A DNA stretch of 60,642 nucleotides, counting the filler. It is 4 parts of 4 records of this genome, joined end to end, with 100 filler letters (N's around TTAATTAATTAA, not from the genome) between each part and the next. Parts side by side here need not be neighbours in the genome. Positions count along the whole stretch, not along the records: positions 45,551 to 60,642 come from DRR723986_23914; 3 more parts are not named here. One strand, 5' to 3'. Position numbers and translations under genes: made by a program. The notes below the pieces were generated by a model, which had not been told where the DNA came from, made no database searches, and saw only the letters and a list, made by a program, of their open reading frames with translations. Positions 49,446 to 59,151 of the stretch are shown piece after piece (position 1 is the first letter of the stretch; the number at the start of each line of letters is the position of its first letter).

Positions 49446-50501
49446 TTAGTTCCGCACCCCGAACCATTTGCGATACAGATCATCGTAGACCCCGTTTTCG
49501 CGGATCGAAAGCAGGGCTTGGTTGACCTCTTCGACCAGCGGAGAACCGGTGGGGAAAGCGATGCCATAGTTTTCGCGCAGGAAGATGGGCCCGATCATGC
49601 TGGCTTTGCCGTGTCCCTCGTGAGAGGCATAGTAAGACAGGATCGGGGCATCAAACACAACGGCGTCAATCTGGCCGTCTTCGAAGGCCTCGATAAGCAA
49701 TGTGAGATTGCTGAAGGCTTGGTAATCGATTTCGCGTCGATCCAGAAATCCAGCCGCGGTTGAGTCTTGGGTCGTTGCGACGCGTTGCCCATACAGATCG
49801 TTGATCGAATTCACAGAGCCTGAGATGGCATCCACCGTCATGACCGATGTGATTTTAGCGGTGAAAACCGAGACGACAAACAGCGATGAAATAACCAAAA
49901 GCACGCCAAACAGGCGCCCAAACGGGGTGCGGGGAACCCGTTCTTCGAACCCGCCATTCACCACCAGATTCAGCGCCCACCAGAAGGAGGGGAACCATGC
50001 CTCATTGGCAGGGCGATCGAAATAGGGTTGGGCGCGGCGCTCAAAGACCCACATCAACATGCCACCGGTCATTAAGATCACAAAGGCAATGCCGATGGCG
50101 ATGAACAAATCCCATGACAGCAGCGCGCGCACCAAAGATGGGGTGCGGGACTGTTCGCCGGGGATCATGATCTGCAGCCCGGATTCAAAAATCGGCTGGC
50201 TGAAATCCATCTGGGTTTCGCGGGCGGCGGTGATCGAAATATTGGCAATGGCCAGATCGACAGTGTCGTCCGCGACCTGCGATAGCATGTCCCCAAATTG
50301 CGCACTGCGGACGATCGAATAATCCCAGTTCAAGGCTTGCCCAAGAGCGGCCAAAAGCTCTATCGAGAAACCAGTTTCGACCCCGTCCTCGGCCATGGAG
50401 AACGGAGGGCGGGTCACAGTTGATACAGTGAGTGTCTGTGCTGAGGCCATTTGTGCCAGCAACAAGATATGCAGGCAAAGGCCGAAGAGTATTTTACGCA
50501 T
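49446..50501 (-). CDS. Prokaryotic ionotropic glutamate receptor-like (GluR0-like) protein: split substrate-binding domain with 2-TM pore module
   Basis: Signal peptide, S1 (RPPF, GFSIEL, ISITAARE..DFSQP), M1, pore helix SFWWAL, PRT..GR, M2 and S2 (DAPIL, YGIAFP.GSPL, KWFG). Confidence 0.85.
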   Translation of the reverse strand: MRKILFGLCLHILLLAQMASAQTLTVSTVTRPPFSMAEDGVETGFSIELLAALGQALNWDYSIVRSAQFGDMLSQVADDTVDLAIANISITAARETQMDFSQPIFESGLQIMIPGEQSRTPSLVRALLSWDLFIAIGIAFVILMTGGMLMWVFERRAQPYFDRPANEAWFPSFWWALNLVVNGGFEERVPRTPFGRLFGVLLVISSLFVVSVFTAKITSVMTVDAISGSVNSINDLYGQRVATTQDSTAAGFLDRREIDYQAFSNLTLLIEAFEDGQIDAVVFDAPILSYYASHEGHGKASMIGPIFLRENYGIAFPTGSPLVEEVNQALLSIRENGVYDDLYRKWFGVRN

Positions 50502-50569
50502 GAGTCGAGAGTGCCACCTTTGCGGCCCCCCTAGCGCGTTTCATAGGGGTCGGGCAAGTCTGGTATACC

Positions 50570-51667
50570 TTAAGCCACCCGGCGTTCGGCAAGTATTTTA
50601 GCGTCAAACGGGCGTAAGACCGGATAGGTTGATTTTCCATGATCTGGCAGCCCATGCCGGTCCAGTCCAGACAACACGCTGGCCGCCAAATGGTGCGGTT
50701 TGCGACGCAATCGCCCAATGCTGAGGCTTTCCGCAACGGTTCCAGCGGCAAGGATCGTTTCGCGCGCGGGCAGCAGCAGCTGGGAATAGGTTACTGTCAG
50801 GCCTGTGTGTGCGACCGGGCGGACAGAGTGCCCTCCGGTCAGGTGTGCGGCAGGGCACAGGACGGATTCCTGGCCAAAGAGATATTCAACCTCGGACCCG
50901 GACAGCACCAGTCGCTGCGCGGGCGCCACGTGGATGTCCCCGAGCAGACCAAAATAGGGGGCCCGAATGTGCATAGGGCGGGTGCTGCCGATGGCGGGCA
51001 CCGTGCGGGACAGGCGGTGCAGAACCGGCACCACATCCCCGTTCGAGGAAATCACGGTATCGCCGCGCCGCAGATCGCGCAGCGGGCGATACCCGCGTGG
51101 GGTGGCAATGGGCGTGTCGGGCAAAAGCGAGGGCATCGGGCCAACAGGTTCGATCCGCGTGGACAGCGCCATATAGACAACATCAGGGGCGACAAAGCGA
51201 TGTGGGCCGTGTTTGAACAAGGCGCGCGCATCACCGGCGCGCAACGGGCAGGGTGGTGGCACCTGCATCATCAAGACCTGTTCCTGATCCGTCTGTTCCA
51301 GTGCCAACCGCGCCCAGCGCGACGGTGCATCCCAGGAATAAGACAGGCGAATGACATCCATTCGACCGGCTTCGGAAGGGTTGATGGCCTGATGCAACAC
51401 CGATCCGCCTTGATTGAGGATCAGGATCAGCCCGCCGCCGGGAATGGCCTGCAGCGAGATGTGGAACGGCCAGTCGCCGCCGCGGTCATAGTGAATCAAC
51501 GTCCGGGGGCGTGCGGAATTGGGCATGCGCGTTTCAATCAGCAATGTCCCACGGGTCATCAGATCGTCTTCGCGCGGGCCAATCAGGTCCGGGCTGTCTG
51601 TTGGGGCGTCCAGCCCTTTGGCGATAAAGTGCTGCGTTTCGGTGTCCGCCAGGGCGATCCAGCTCAT
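50570..51667 (-). CDS. Hint-domain protein with degenerate catalytic residues
   Basis: PSLLPDTPIATPRGYRPLRDLRRGDTV (Ser at position 1), VAPAQR in place of SPxHR, and YSQLLL..AESL. Starts 3 nt after the stop of the preceding Hint gene. Confidence 0.8.
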   Translation of the reverse strand: MSWIALADTETQHFIAKGLDAPTDSPDLIGPREDDLMTRGTLLIETRMPNSARPRTLIHYDRGGDWPFHISLQAIPGGGLILILNQGGSVLHQAINPSEAGRMDVIRLSYSWDAPSRWARLALEQTDQEQVLMMQVPPPCPLRAGDARALFKHGPHRFVAPDVVYMALSTRIEPVGPMPSLLPDTPIATPRGYRPLRDLRRGDTVISSNGDVVPVLHRLSRTVPAIGSTRPMHIRAPYFGLLGDIHVAPAQRLVLSGSEVEYLFGQESVLCPAAHLTGGHSVRPVAHTGLTVTYSQLLLPARETILAAGTVAESLSIGRLRRKPHHLAASVLSGLDRHGLPDHGKSTYPVLRPFDAKILAERRVA

Positions 51668-51670
51668 ATC

Positions 51671-53254
51671 TCAGGCGGCCTTTGGATCGGCCAGCAACAG
51701 CTGGGCTTCGAAACTGCGCAGGGTGCGCCGGGCGGCAGGGCTGTAGCCGTGCCCCGTTGCCGGATCGAGTTCAGGAAAGATCGCGCAGATTTCATCCAGC
51801 ACGGGTTGTTCGAACAGATCAGTGGTCTGGGGGCCGGGCAAAAAGCTCTCGGTTGCGAGTCCCTCGGAATAGATCACTTGGTGGGTGTCAAACATCAGGT
51901 GGACATAGGTCACGCGCTCACCCGGACAGCGGGTGATGGAATGATCATTGATCAGATCTTTGGCGGCGACCAGAACCTCGTCTTCGCCAAACAGCAATTC
52001 GGCAAGGCTGTCGTGGATCAGCATCCGGTGTTGCGGGGACACAAGCAGGTCGCGGTCTTGGCCAAAGGTGCCTGCGCGAATGCGGATGGGGGCAAAATCG
52101 CCCTGCGCCGCGACTGTTCGGCGTCCAATCCAACGCAGAGGCTGGGGGCCATCATCGCGGGTTTCAACAAGTTCGCCCAGTGTCAGGCTTTCGACCCGCT
52201 TTTCACCCTTTGGGGTTTTGATCATGGTGCCAGCCACGAAACAGGGGATCGAGCTGACGTTGACGAACCCAGTGTCATTGTTGGTTCCGTTGTCGACGCC
52301 ATAGGTGAAATTGAAATCTTCGGTGTCGCCATCGCCAAAGACGGTGATGGTGCCGTCGGCGTTCAGCTGAACGGTTTGGCCAGTGTTCAGGGTGACGATA
52401 TCCCCGGCGGACACGGCGATTCCATTCAGATGGGTGATCGTCAGCGTTCCCCCCGAGCCATTTTGGTCATTGCTCAGAACATCAATGGTGGTTTGGCCGG
52501 TGGGAAACAGCGTCGCAGAATCGGCATTGGCCACGACATCAGTTTGCACGCTGTCAGCTGCGATCAGCAGGTTGGAATCATAGCTGCTGTCCGACACATC
52601 CGCGACGCCGATCCGGATCGTATTGACGATCCCGGGGACAATATTCATGGTCAGGGTCATGGTGACCGTCAGGCCATCCATTTCCGTGTTGTAGTCATCG
52701 CCTGCGTTGTTCAGGAACAGGTTTTCATTGTTGGTGCTGTTGACGTTGCCGGGATCGGCGTCGCCATTGCCCACCGCCAGATCCACCTGCGCGCCGTTAA
52801 CCCAAACGCCCACGAAATCCTGATAAACCGAGTTTTGAAATTCGGGGTATTCTTCGGATGCAAAGACAAATTGCATCGTCATCTGCGTTACCGTTGGATC
52901 ATCGACGGTGAAACTGACGTCTAGATATGACGCATCATAGGTGCTGGTCCCGGCTGCCGCGTTGAAGTCAGCGTTGTTGTTTTCGCCAGAGGTGTTGGTC
53001 GAGGTGCTGCCTGAACGGTTAGGGTCACCGTTGGATCTGGTGTAATGGCGCGCGCGCCCCGTGGATAGGATAATACCCGTATCGCCCGGTGTGGCCCCCG
53101 GTGCCAACGAATCCCCATCGGTATAGATCGCCGAAGATTGGCTCCACCCTGAATAGGAGGCGTTAACAACGGAGACCCCGTCGCCAAAAATCGTCTCTGC
53201 CATTTGCACGGCGGACGCGTTTGTTTGATAGCCTAGCTCGGCTCCGGTTGCCAT
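51671..53254 (-). CDS. Choice-of-anchor L-like + Ig/cadherin-like + Hint domain protein, paralogue of 47380-48948
   Basis: TGIILSTG, FASEEYPEF, NTEMDGLTVT, PCFVAGTMIKTPKG, SPQHR and YVHLMFDTHQ..ESFLPG. ATG at 53254 preferred. Confidence 0.9.
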   Translation of the reverse strand: MATGAELGYQTNASAVQMAETIFGDGVSVVNASYSGWSQSSAIYTDGDSLAPGATPGDTGIILSTGRARHYTRSNGDPNRSGSTSTNTSGENNNADFNAAAGTSTYDASYLDVSFTVDDPTVTQMTMQFVFASEEYPEFQNSVYQDFVGVWVNGAQVDLAVGNGDADPGNVNSTNNENLFLNNAGDDYNTEMDGLTVTMTLTMNIVPGIVNTIRIGVADVSDSSYDSNLLIAADSVQTDVVANADSATLFPTGQTTIDVLSNDQNGSGGTLTITHLNGIAVSAGDIVTLNTGQTVQLNADGTITVFGDGDTEDFNFTYGVDNGTNNDTGFVNVSSIPCFVAGTMIKTPKGEKRVESLTLGELVETRDDGPQPLRWIGRRTVAAQGDFAPIRIRAGTFGQDRDLLVSPQHRMLIHDSLAELLFGEDEVLVAAKDLINDHSITRCPGERVTYVHLMFDTHQVIYSEGLATESFLPGPQTTDLFEQPVLDEICAIFPELDPATGHGYSPAARRTLRSFEAQLLLADPKAA

Positions 53255-53535
53255 TTTCTGCCCCAACCCTTGAATTGATGAGGCAGCTCGTCCGGCCGCA
53301 GGGGTTTTCCCTGTCCAGACAAAACAGATGGCCGCGTCGTTGCGCGATCCGGTTTTGGTCAGTCTTTTGCGACTGTACTGCTAAACGCCCTGCCTCGGGT
53401 CATATTATTACCCCAGCCGTACCATGCTAAAGGACCGTGTGTTAAGTACATTTGGGCGCAAAGGGGTTGGCATCGCGACCTTTTCGTCACAAATGTGGCA
53501 GCAAGATGACCGGATACCAGACCCAAGAGGACCCC

Positions 53536-54681
53536 ATGACACAAACCGATGCTGCTCGCCTGACCGCTGATCTGATCCGTTGCCCGTCGGTGACGCCTGA
53601 AGAAGGCGGTGCCTTGGTTCTGCTGGAACAGGTGCTGTCTGAGGCCGGCTTCACCTGTACCCGTGCAGATCGCGGTGGGATCAGCAATCTGTTTGCCCGC
53701 TGGGGCGATAAGGGGCACGCGCGCACCTTTGGGTTCAACGGGCACACGGATGTTGTGCCTTTGGGGGACGAGGCCGCGTGGACCATGGCGCCTTTTGGCG
53801 CCGAGGAAAAAGACGGTTTCATGTACGGGCGTGGAGCCACAGATATGAAATCAGGCGTTGCGGCCTTTGCCGCGGCGGCGGTTGATTTTGTGGCTCAGAC
53901 GCCACCGGATGGTGCGGTGATCCTGACCATCACCGGCGATGAAGAGGCGGACGCGCTGGATGGCACCACGGCGTTGCTAGATTATATGGCGGATGCAGGC
54001 GAGGCGATGTCGGTCTGTCTGGTGGGGGAACCAACTTGCCCCGACACCATGGGTGAGATGATCAAGATCGGACGTCGGGGATCTATGACGGCTTGGTTTA
54101 CCGTGACAGGCGTGCAGGGGCATTCCGCCTATCCGCATCGGGCCAAGAATCCGCTGCCCGCCATCGCACGGTTGATGGATCGCCTGGCCAGTCATGAGTT
54201 GGATCAGGGGACCGATCATTTTGATGCGTCGACCTTGGCCGTGGTGACGATTGACACGGGTAATCCAGCCACCAATGTGATTCCAGCTCAATGCACCAGC
54301 GCCGCGAATATCCGGTTCAATGACACCCATACTGGGGCAGGCTTGACCGCGTGGTTGCAAGGCGAAGCGGATGCTGTCGCGGCAGAGTTTGGCGTCGAGA
54401 TCGAGATGAAAGTCAAGATTTCTGGCGAGAGCTTTTTAACGCCCCCCGGTACGTTGTCGGATCTGGTGTCCTCCTCGGTTGAGGCAGCGACTGGGGTCAA
54501 ACCCGTTCTTTCGACCACGGGCGGCACGTCGGATGCGCGGTTCGTCAAGAACCATTGTCCCGTTGTGGAATTTGGGTTGGTGGGGCGCACTATGCACCAA
54601 GTTGATGAACGGGTTGAGGTGGCGCAGATCCATCAGCTGAAAGAAATCTACACCCGCATTCTGCGAGACTATTTTGCATGA
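53536..54681 (+). CDS. dapE: Succinyl-diaminopimelate desuccinylase
   Basis: [41 protein letters not shown] and [11 protein letters not shown] at 53536 follows GAGGA. Confidence 0.96.
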   Translation: MTQTDAARLTADLIRCPSVTPEEGGALVLLEQVLSEAGFTCTRADRGGISNLFARWGDKGHARTFGFNGHTDVVPLGDEAAWTMAPFGAEEKDGFMYGRGATDMKSGVAAFAAAAVDFVAQTPPDGAVILTITGDEEADALDGTTALLDYMADAGEAMSVCLVGEPTCPDTMGEMIKIGRRGSMTAWFTVTGVQGHSAYPHRAKNPLPAIARLMDRLASHELDQGTDHFDASTLAVVTIDTGNPATNVIPAQCTSAANIRFNDTHTGAGLTAWLQGEADAVAAEFGVEIEMKVKISGESFLTPPGTLSDLVSSSVEAATGVKPVLSTTGGTSDARFVKNHCPVVEFGLVGRTMHQVDERVEVAQIHQLKEIYTRILRDYFA

Positions 54682-55103
54682 GCTTCGTGATTGAAGTGAC
54701 GCAGGATCGCGCGGCGTGTTTTGCCCTGCGGTTCAAGGTGTTCGTCGAAGAGCAAGGCGTGCCCGTCGAAGACGAGATTGATATCATGGACGAGGTCGCG
54801 GTGCATATGCTGGCCTCAATCAATGGCAAACCTGTAGGCACAGCGCGGGTGCTGTTTGAAGGCGACACAGCCAAGATCGGCCGGGTCTGTGTGGTGCCAG
54901 AGGGACGCGGTACTGGATTAGGCGCGGCCTTGATCCAAGAAGGTGTCGCCATCGCGCGTCGCCAAGCGGGTGTGCACAAAGTCAAACTTGGTGCGCAGAT
55001 TCAGGCCTTGGGATTTTATGAAAAACTCGGGTTCAGCGCCTTTGGCCCAACATATCTGGACGCCGGGATCGAACATCGGGACATGGGGCTGTCGCTGGTA
55101 TGA
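54678..55103 (+). CDS. GNAT family N-acetyltransferase (ElaA/YjcF-like)
   Basis: [34 protein letters not shown] and DAGIEH. Confidence 0.9.
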   Translation: MSFVIEVTQDRAACFALRFKVFVEEQGVPVEDEIDIMDEVAVHMLASINGKPVGTARVLFEGDTAKIGRVCVVPEGRGTGLGAALIQEGVAIARRQAGVHKVKLGAQIQALGFYEKLGFSAFGPTYLDAGIEHRDMGLSLV

Positions 55104-55675
55104 AGCGAACTTTGGTCATCATGGTCAAGGAACCGCGTCCGGGGCGGGTCAAGACCCGGTTGGGGCGCGATATCGGGCTTGTGGGCGCGGCGTGGTGGTT
55201 TCGCCATCAGACCCGGCGTTTGATCCGGCGCCTGCGGGATCCCAGATGGCAGATCGTTCTGGCCGTGTCTCCGGATCGCGAGGGGCTGACCAGTCGGGTC
55301 TGGCCCGCTGATCTGATGCGGGCCCCACAAGGGCGCGGAGATCTGGGGGATCGGATGGCCCGCATGTTACGCGGTATGCCACCGGGGCCAGTGTGTCTGA
55401 TTGGGGCGGATATCCCTGATGTGTCCCCGGCTCATATCGCGCGGGCTTTTCAGGCGCTGGGCGATCATGATGCGGTGTTTGGGCCCGCACCGGATGGCGG
55501 ATATTGGTTGATCGGGGCCAAACATGGGGCAACTCTGCCCAAGGGGCTGTTCCATGGTGTGCGCTGGTCAACCGAACATGCGCTGAGCGACACGCTGGCG
55601 ACTTTGCCCAACTTGCGGGTGGCGATGATTGATACCTTGCAGGATGTGGATACTGTGGCGGACTTGCGCGTCTGA
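55100..55675 (+). CDS. DUF2064/TIGR04282-type glycosyltransferase-like protein (CofC-like fold)
   Basis: K.PRPGRVKTRL, QG.GDLG.RM, IGADIP, GPA.DGGYWLIG and DVDT..DL. Confidence 0.88.
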   Translation: MKRTLVIMVKEPRPGRVKTRLGRDIGLVGAAWWFRHQTRRLIRRLRDPRWQIVLAVSPDREGLTSRVWPADLMRAPQGRGDLGDRMARMLRGMPPGPVCLIGADIPDVSPAHIARAFQALGDHDAVFGPAPDGGYWLIGAKHGATLPKGLFHGVRWSTEHALSDTLATLPNLRVAMIDTLQDVDTVADLRV

Positions 55676-55733
55676 TCCCGGTCGGGTCGCTTTTGCTCAT
55701 GACCTTGCCCCATAGGCATGATAGGGCTTGGGT

Positions 55734-57986
55734 ATGACTCGTATTCCGACAAAGGAAGAGATCCTCGAATGGATCTCGACCAACCCGACCCTCACCTCGA
55801 AACGTGATATTGCTAAGGCCTTTGGTATCAAAGGCCCGGATCGCATTGACCTGAAACGGGTTCTGCGTGAGCTAGAGGCCGACGGCCATCTGGAAAAGCG
55901 CAAACGCAGTTACGGCGACCCGGACCGTCTGCCACCTGTTTCGGTTCTGGTGGTGAAACGACCCAATGGCGATGGCGACTTGTACGCACAGCCGATGGAG
56001 TGGCATGGCGAAGGCGTGGAACCCGTTGTTCTGGTGATCCCGCGCGCCAGCGACCCGGCTTTGGGCGAAGGCGATCGTATTCTGGGGCGTCTGACCTTGG
56101 TCAAGGATCAGGACCACCATTATGAGGCGCGCCTGATCCGCCGGATCGGCACAAACCCAAAACGCATTCTAGGCGTGTTCCGCAAACGCAGCGAAGGCGG
56201 GCGGATCGTTCCCATCGACAAATCATCCAGCAACGAATCGACCGTGCCCGAGGGCGCAATGTTGGGTGCAAAAGATGGCGAGCTGGTCGAGGCGGAACAA
56301 GCCGGACCCAAATCGCGCATGGGCCTGCCCAAAGCGCGCATCGTGGAACGGCTGGGCGACCCAAGCGCACCCAAAGCCGTGTCACTGATTGCGATTTACC
56401 AACATGGGATCCCGGATGGGTTCCCAGACAAGGTGATTGCCGAAGCCGATGCGGCCAAGCCAATGGGCTTGGACGGGCGCGAAGATTTGCGCGACATGCC
56501 GCTGTTGACCATCGACCCCTCGGATGCACGCGATCACGATGATGCGTGTTATGCCCATGCGGATGATGACCTCAAGAACCCAGGCGGTCATATCGTCTGG
56601 GTCGCGATTGCGGATGTTGCGGCCTATGTGAAACCGGGAACAGCACTGGACCGTGAGGCGCGCAAGCGGGGCAATTCATCCTATTTCCCGGATCGTGTTG
56701 TTCCTATGTTGCCGGATCGCCTGTCGGGGGACCTGTGTTCGCTGCACGAAGGCGTGCCGCGCCCCTGCATGGCAGTGCGGATGCAGTTGGATGCGGATGG
56801 CAACAAGCTGTCGCACCGGTTTGTGCGGGGGCTGATGCGTTCAGTCGCCTCGCTACATTATGCCGAGGTGCAGGATGCCATTGACGGCAATCCCAATGAC
56901 CGCACCGGACCACTGTTGGAACCGGTTCTGAAGCCGCTCTATGCGGCCTATGCCGCCTTGGTCAAAGCACGGGCTGCTCGCCAACCCTTGGATCTGAATC
57001 TGCCTGAACGCAAAATCGTACTGGACGAAGACGGTACAGTCGCCTCGGTCAATTTTCGCGAGCGTCTGGATGCGCACAAGCTGATCGAAGAGTTCATGGT
57101 GCTGGCAAATGTGGCCGCTGCCGAAACTCTGATTGCCAAGAAAACACCGCTATTGTTCCGGGTGCACGAAGAACCGGCACCCGAAAAGCTGAACGCGTTG
57201 CGTGAGACGGCGCAGGCAGCGGGCTTGAACTTAGCCAAGGGGCAGGTTTTACAGACGCGGCATCTGAACGCGCTGTTGAATGCGGCGGCGGGCACGGATG
57301 ATGCGGAGCTGATCAATATCTCAACACTGCGATCAATGACGCAGGCCTATTATGGCGCGCAGAACTTTGGCCACTTTGGTCTGGCGTTGCGCAACTATGC
57401 GCACTTTACCTCGCCTATTCGGCGCTATGCGGATTTGATCGTGCACCGGGCGTTGATCACAGCGCACGGGTGGGGCGACGATGGGTTGCGCCCCGAAGAG
57501 ATTGAGCAGCTGGAAGACACGGGCACCCATATTTCCGAAACCGAACGCCGGTCGATGATTGCAGAACGCGACACCACAGATCGTTATCTGGCGGCCTATC
57601 TCAGCGAACGTGTTGGCAACGAATTCACCGGTCGGATCAGCGGGATTGCGCGGTTCGGGGCCTTTGTGAAGCTGGACGAAACAGGTGCGGACGGGCTGGT
57701 GCCGGTGCGGACCTTGGGGCGCGAGTTTTTCCACTTTGACCAAGAGGCGGGCACGCTGATGGGGTCGGACACGGGATTGATCATTTCGATTGGTCAGCGC
57801 GTAACTGTGCGACTCGCCGAAGCCACACCAATCACAGGCGGGTTGGAGCTGGAACTGCTGGCGATCGAAGACAAGGCCATGCCCAAATCGCGCAGCCCCG
57901 CAGGGCGGACGAACAGTCGTCGCAAATCGGTCAAAGCCAAGCACAAGCGCGATAAGATCAAGCGCAAGGTCGAACGTCGTCGCTAA
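55734..57986 (+). CDS. rnr: Ribonuclease R
   Basis: TIDP.DARDHDDA, VAIADV, IEEFMVLAN, HFTSPIRRYADL, S1 domain and basic tail. Confidence 0.96.
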   Translation: MTRIPTKEEILEWISTNPTLTSKRDIAKAFGIKGPDRIDLKRVLRELEADGHLEKRKRSYGDPDRLPPVSVLVVKRPNGDGDLYAQPMEWHGEGVEPVVLVIPRASDPALGEGDRILGRLTLVKDQDHHYEARLIRRIGTNPKRILGVFRKRSEGGRIVPIDKSSSNESTVPEGAMLGAKDGELVEAEQAGPKSRMGLPKARIVERLGDPSAPKAVSLIAIYQHGIPDGFPDKVIAEADAAKPMGLDGREDLRDMPLLTIDPSDARDHDDACYAHADDDLKNPGGHIVWVAIADVAAYVKPGTALDREARKRGNSSYFPDRVVPMLPDRLSGDLCSLHEGVPRPCMAVRMQLDADGNKLSHRFVRGLMRSVASLHYAEVQDAIDGNPNDRTGPLLEPVLKPLYAAYAALVKARAARQPLDLNLPERKIVLDEDGTVASVNFRERLDAHKLIEEFMVLANVAAAETLIAKKTPLLFRVHEEPAPEKLNALRETAQAAGLNLAKGQVLQTRHLNALLNAAAGTDDAELINISTLRSMTQAYYGAQNFGHFGLALRNYAHFTSPIRRYADLIVHRALITAHGWGDDGLRPEEIEQLEDTGTHISETERRSMIAERDTTDRYLAAYLSERVGNEFTGRISGIARFGAFVKLDETGADGLVPVRTLGREFFHFDQEAGTLMGSDTGLIISIGQRVTVRLAEATPITGGLELELLAIEDKAMPKSRSPAGRTNSRRKSVKAKHKRDKIKRKVERRR

Positions 57987-58375
57987 GATTTCTGGTGATA
58001 GGTGAGCGCACGCGCGATGAGCCACCCATGACGATTCGGGTCGATTTGGCCCGGATCATCGAACAATAGCGCGCGGGTGCCCTCAACCCGGTCGAGGCCG
58101 GGAAAGGCGTGTTGGTAATCGGGCATCAACCGGCTCTGGCAATGCACAAACAAGCCAAAGCCACCCGTCTTGGGCACCCCAAGGCGCAGGGTTGATCCAC
58201 GTGGTGTCAGATAGGCGGGCTGCCCCCAACGCAGTTCTTCGGTGATGGTTTTGACACGGGGGTCGCTGGCGGCGACTTCAAAAATCAGGTCGCGCAGTTG
58301 CAACAGGCCTGCGCGAGGGTCTGGAGGGATCGCCGCAAAAGCTGCGGCGATCTTGTCTGAGGCAAAGGGTGTCAT
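57983..58375 (-). CDS. DUF1801 (YdhG-like) domain protein
   Basis: LR.LI..VA...EELRWGQPAY and ALTYH motifs. Overlaps the GST stop. Confidence 0.82.
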   Translation of the reverse strand: MTPFASDKIAAAFAAIPPDPRAGLLQLRDLIFEVAASDPRVKTITEELRWGQPAYLTPRGSTLRLGVPKTGGFGLFVHCQSRLMPDYQHAFPGLDRVEGTRALLFDDPGQIDPNRHGWLIARALTYHQKS

Positions 58376-59070
58376 TTCAACACAATAGCCTGATCCACCC
58401 GGTCAATATAGTCGCTCAGCACTTGGTCGCGTTCGATGCGCCGACGCAATTCAGTGCGTACAGGGGTGGCGCGGATCGCGGCCAAAATCGGCGCAACGCT
58501 GAGATCCGCCGAGGTCGGGCGATCCCCCATCAGAAAAGGTGACTGCCACAGGAACGCGGTGATGGCGTTGAGATCCTGTTCCACACGATCTAGCCGCTCC
58601 GCCTCGGAAAAGCGGGTGACGCCGTGCATATCAAGCCCTTTGATCACGGACTTTCGGATTGAACTGCTGACAAAGCCGCGCGCAAAACGGGGGATCTCGT
58701 GAAAAAACGTATCGCGCAGATGTGGCCAGACCTGATCGTTGCACCAACGGTCGGCCACCAGTTGGAAATAGAGGTGGTCTTCGGCCATACGGATCAGCGC
58801 CCGGGACTGGCCCTTTTGGATGTCGCTGAGGCCCTGATCAAAATCTGCGCCCTGCGATTCCAACCAGTGACGGATGGTGTCACTGTCCGGCATCAACCGT
58901 TCGCGTGTGCGCAGAACAGGAAGCTTGCGATGCGGCATTTTACGGGGGTCCAACAGGTCAGACCGTTGCCAGACCTGACCGGACAATTCCAGCATATAGG
59001 CGGCTTTGACGCAAAAAGGGCTGCCACTGTAGAGGCCAAATGCAGAGGGGTAGGTGAGTAGGGTGAGCAT
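58372..59070 (-). CDS. Glutathione S-transferase family protein (metaxin/FAX-like)
   Basis: SPFCVK, KLPVL, DSDTI and FLMGDRPTSAD. Confidence 0.9.
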   Translation of the reverse strand: MLTLLTYPSAFGLYSGSPFCVKAAYMLELSGQVWQRSDLLDPRKMPHRKLPVLRTRERLMPDSDTIRHWLESQGADFDQGLSDIQKGQSRALIRMAEDHLYFQLVADRWCNDQVWPHLRDTFFHEIPRFARGFVSSSIRKSVIKGLDMHGVTRFSEAERLDRVEQDLNAITAFLWQSPFLMGDRPTSADLSVAPILAAIRATPVRTELRRRIERDQVLSDYIDRVDQAIVLK

Positions 59071-59109
59071 GAATTTCTCCGTTGTGTGTTGAGCGTACCC
59101 TAGAGGAGG

Positions 59110-59132
59110 CTAATGACAGTTTCTGTCATTAG
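59110..59132. promoter_or_regulatory. Palindromic operator, probably bound by the adjacent WYL regulator
   Basis: CTAATGACAG-TTT-CTGTCATTAG, perfect 10-bp arms, in the 81-nt gap between divergent genes. Confidence 0.75.
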
Positions 59133-59151
59133 GTGTAGAGTAGGATGTGAT

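Noticed and set aside
50639..52924. 761-aa plus-strand ORF
   Set aside because: Antisense shadow of two well-supported Hint genes in high-GC DNA, with no recognisable motif.
10906..55675. Arsenic-related system linking the ArsC-like gene and the TIGR04282-type gene
   Set aside because: They lie on different contigs from different phyla, and the ArsC/Spx-family call does not imply arsenate reduction.
57333..58025. 230-aa minus-strand ORF and other antisense ORFs over rnr, kbl, tdh, dapE and dnaE
   Set aside because: Shadows of confidently identified genes on the opposite strand.
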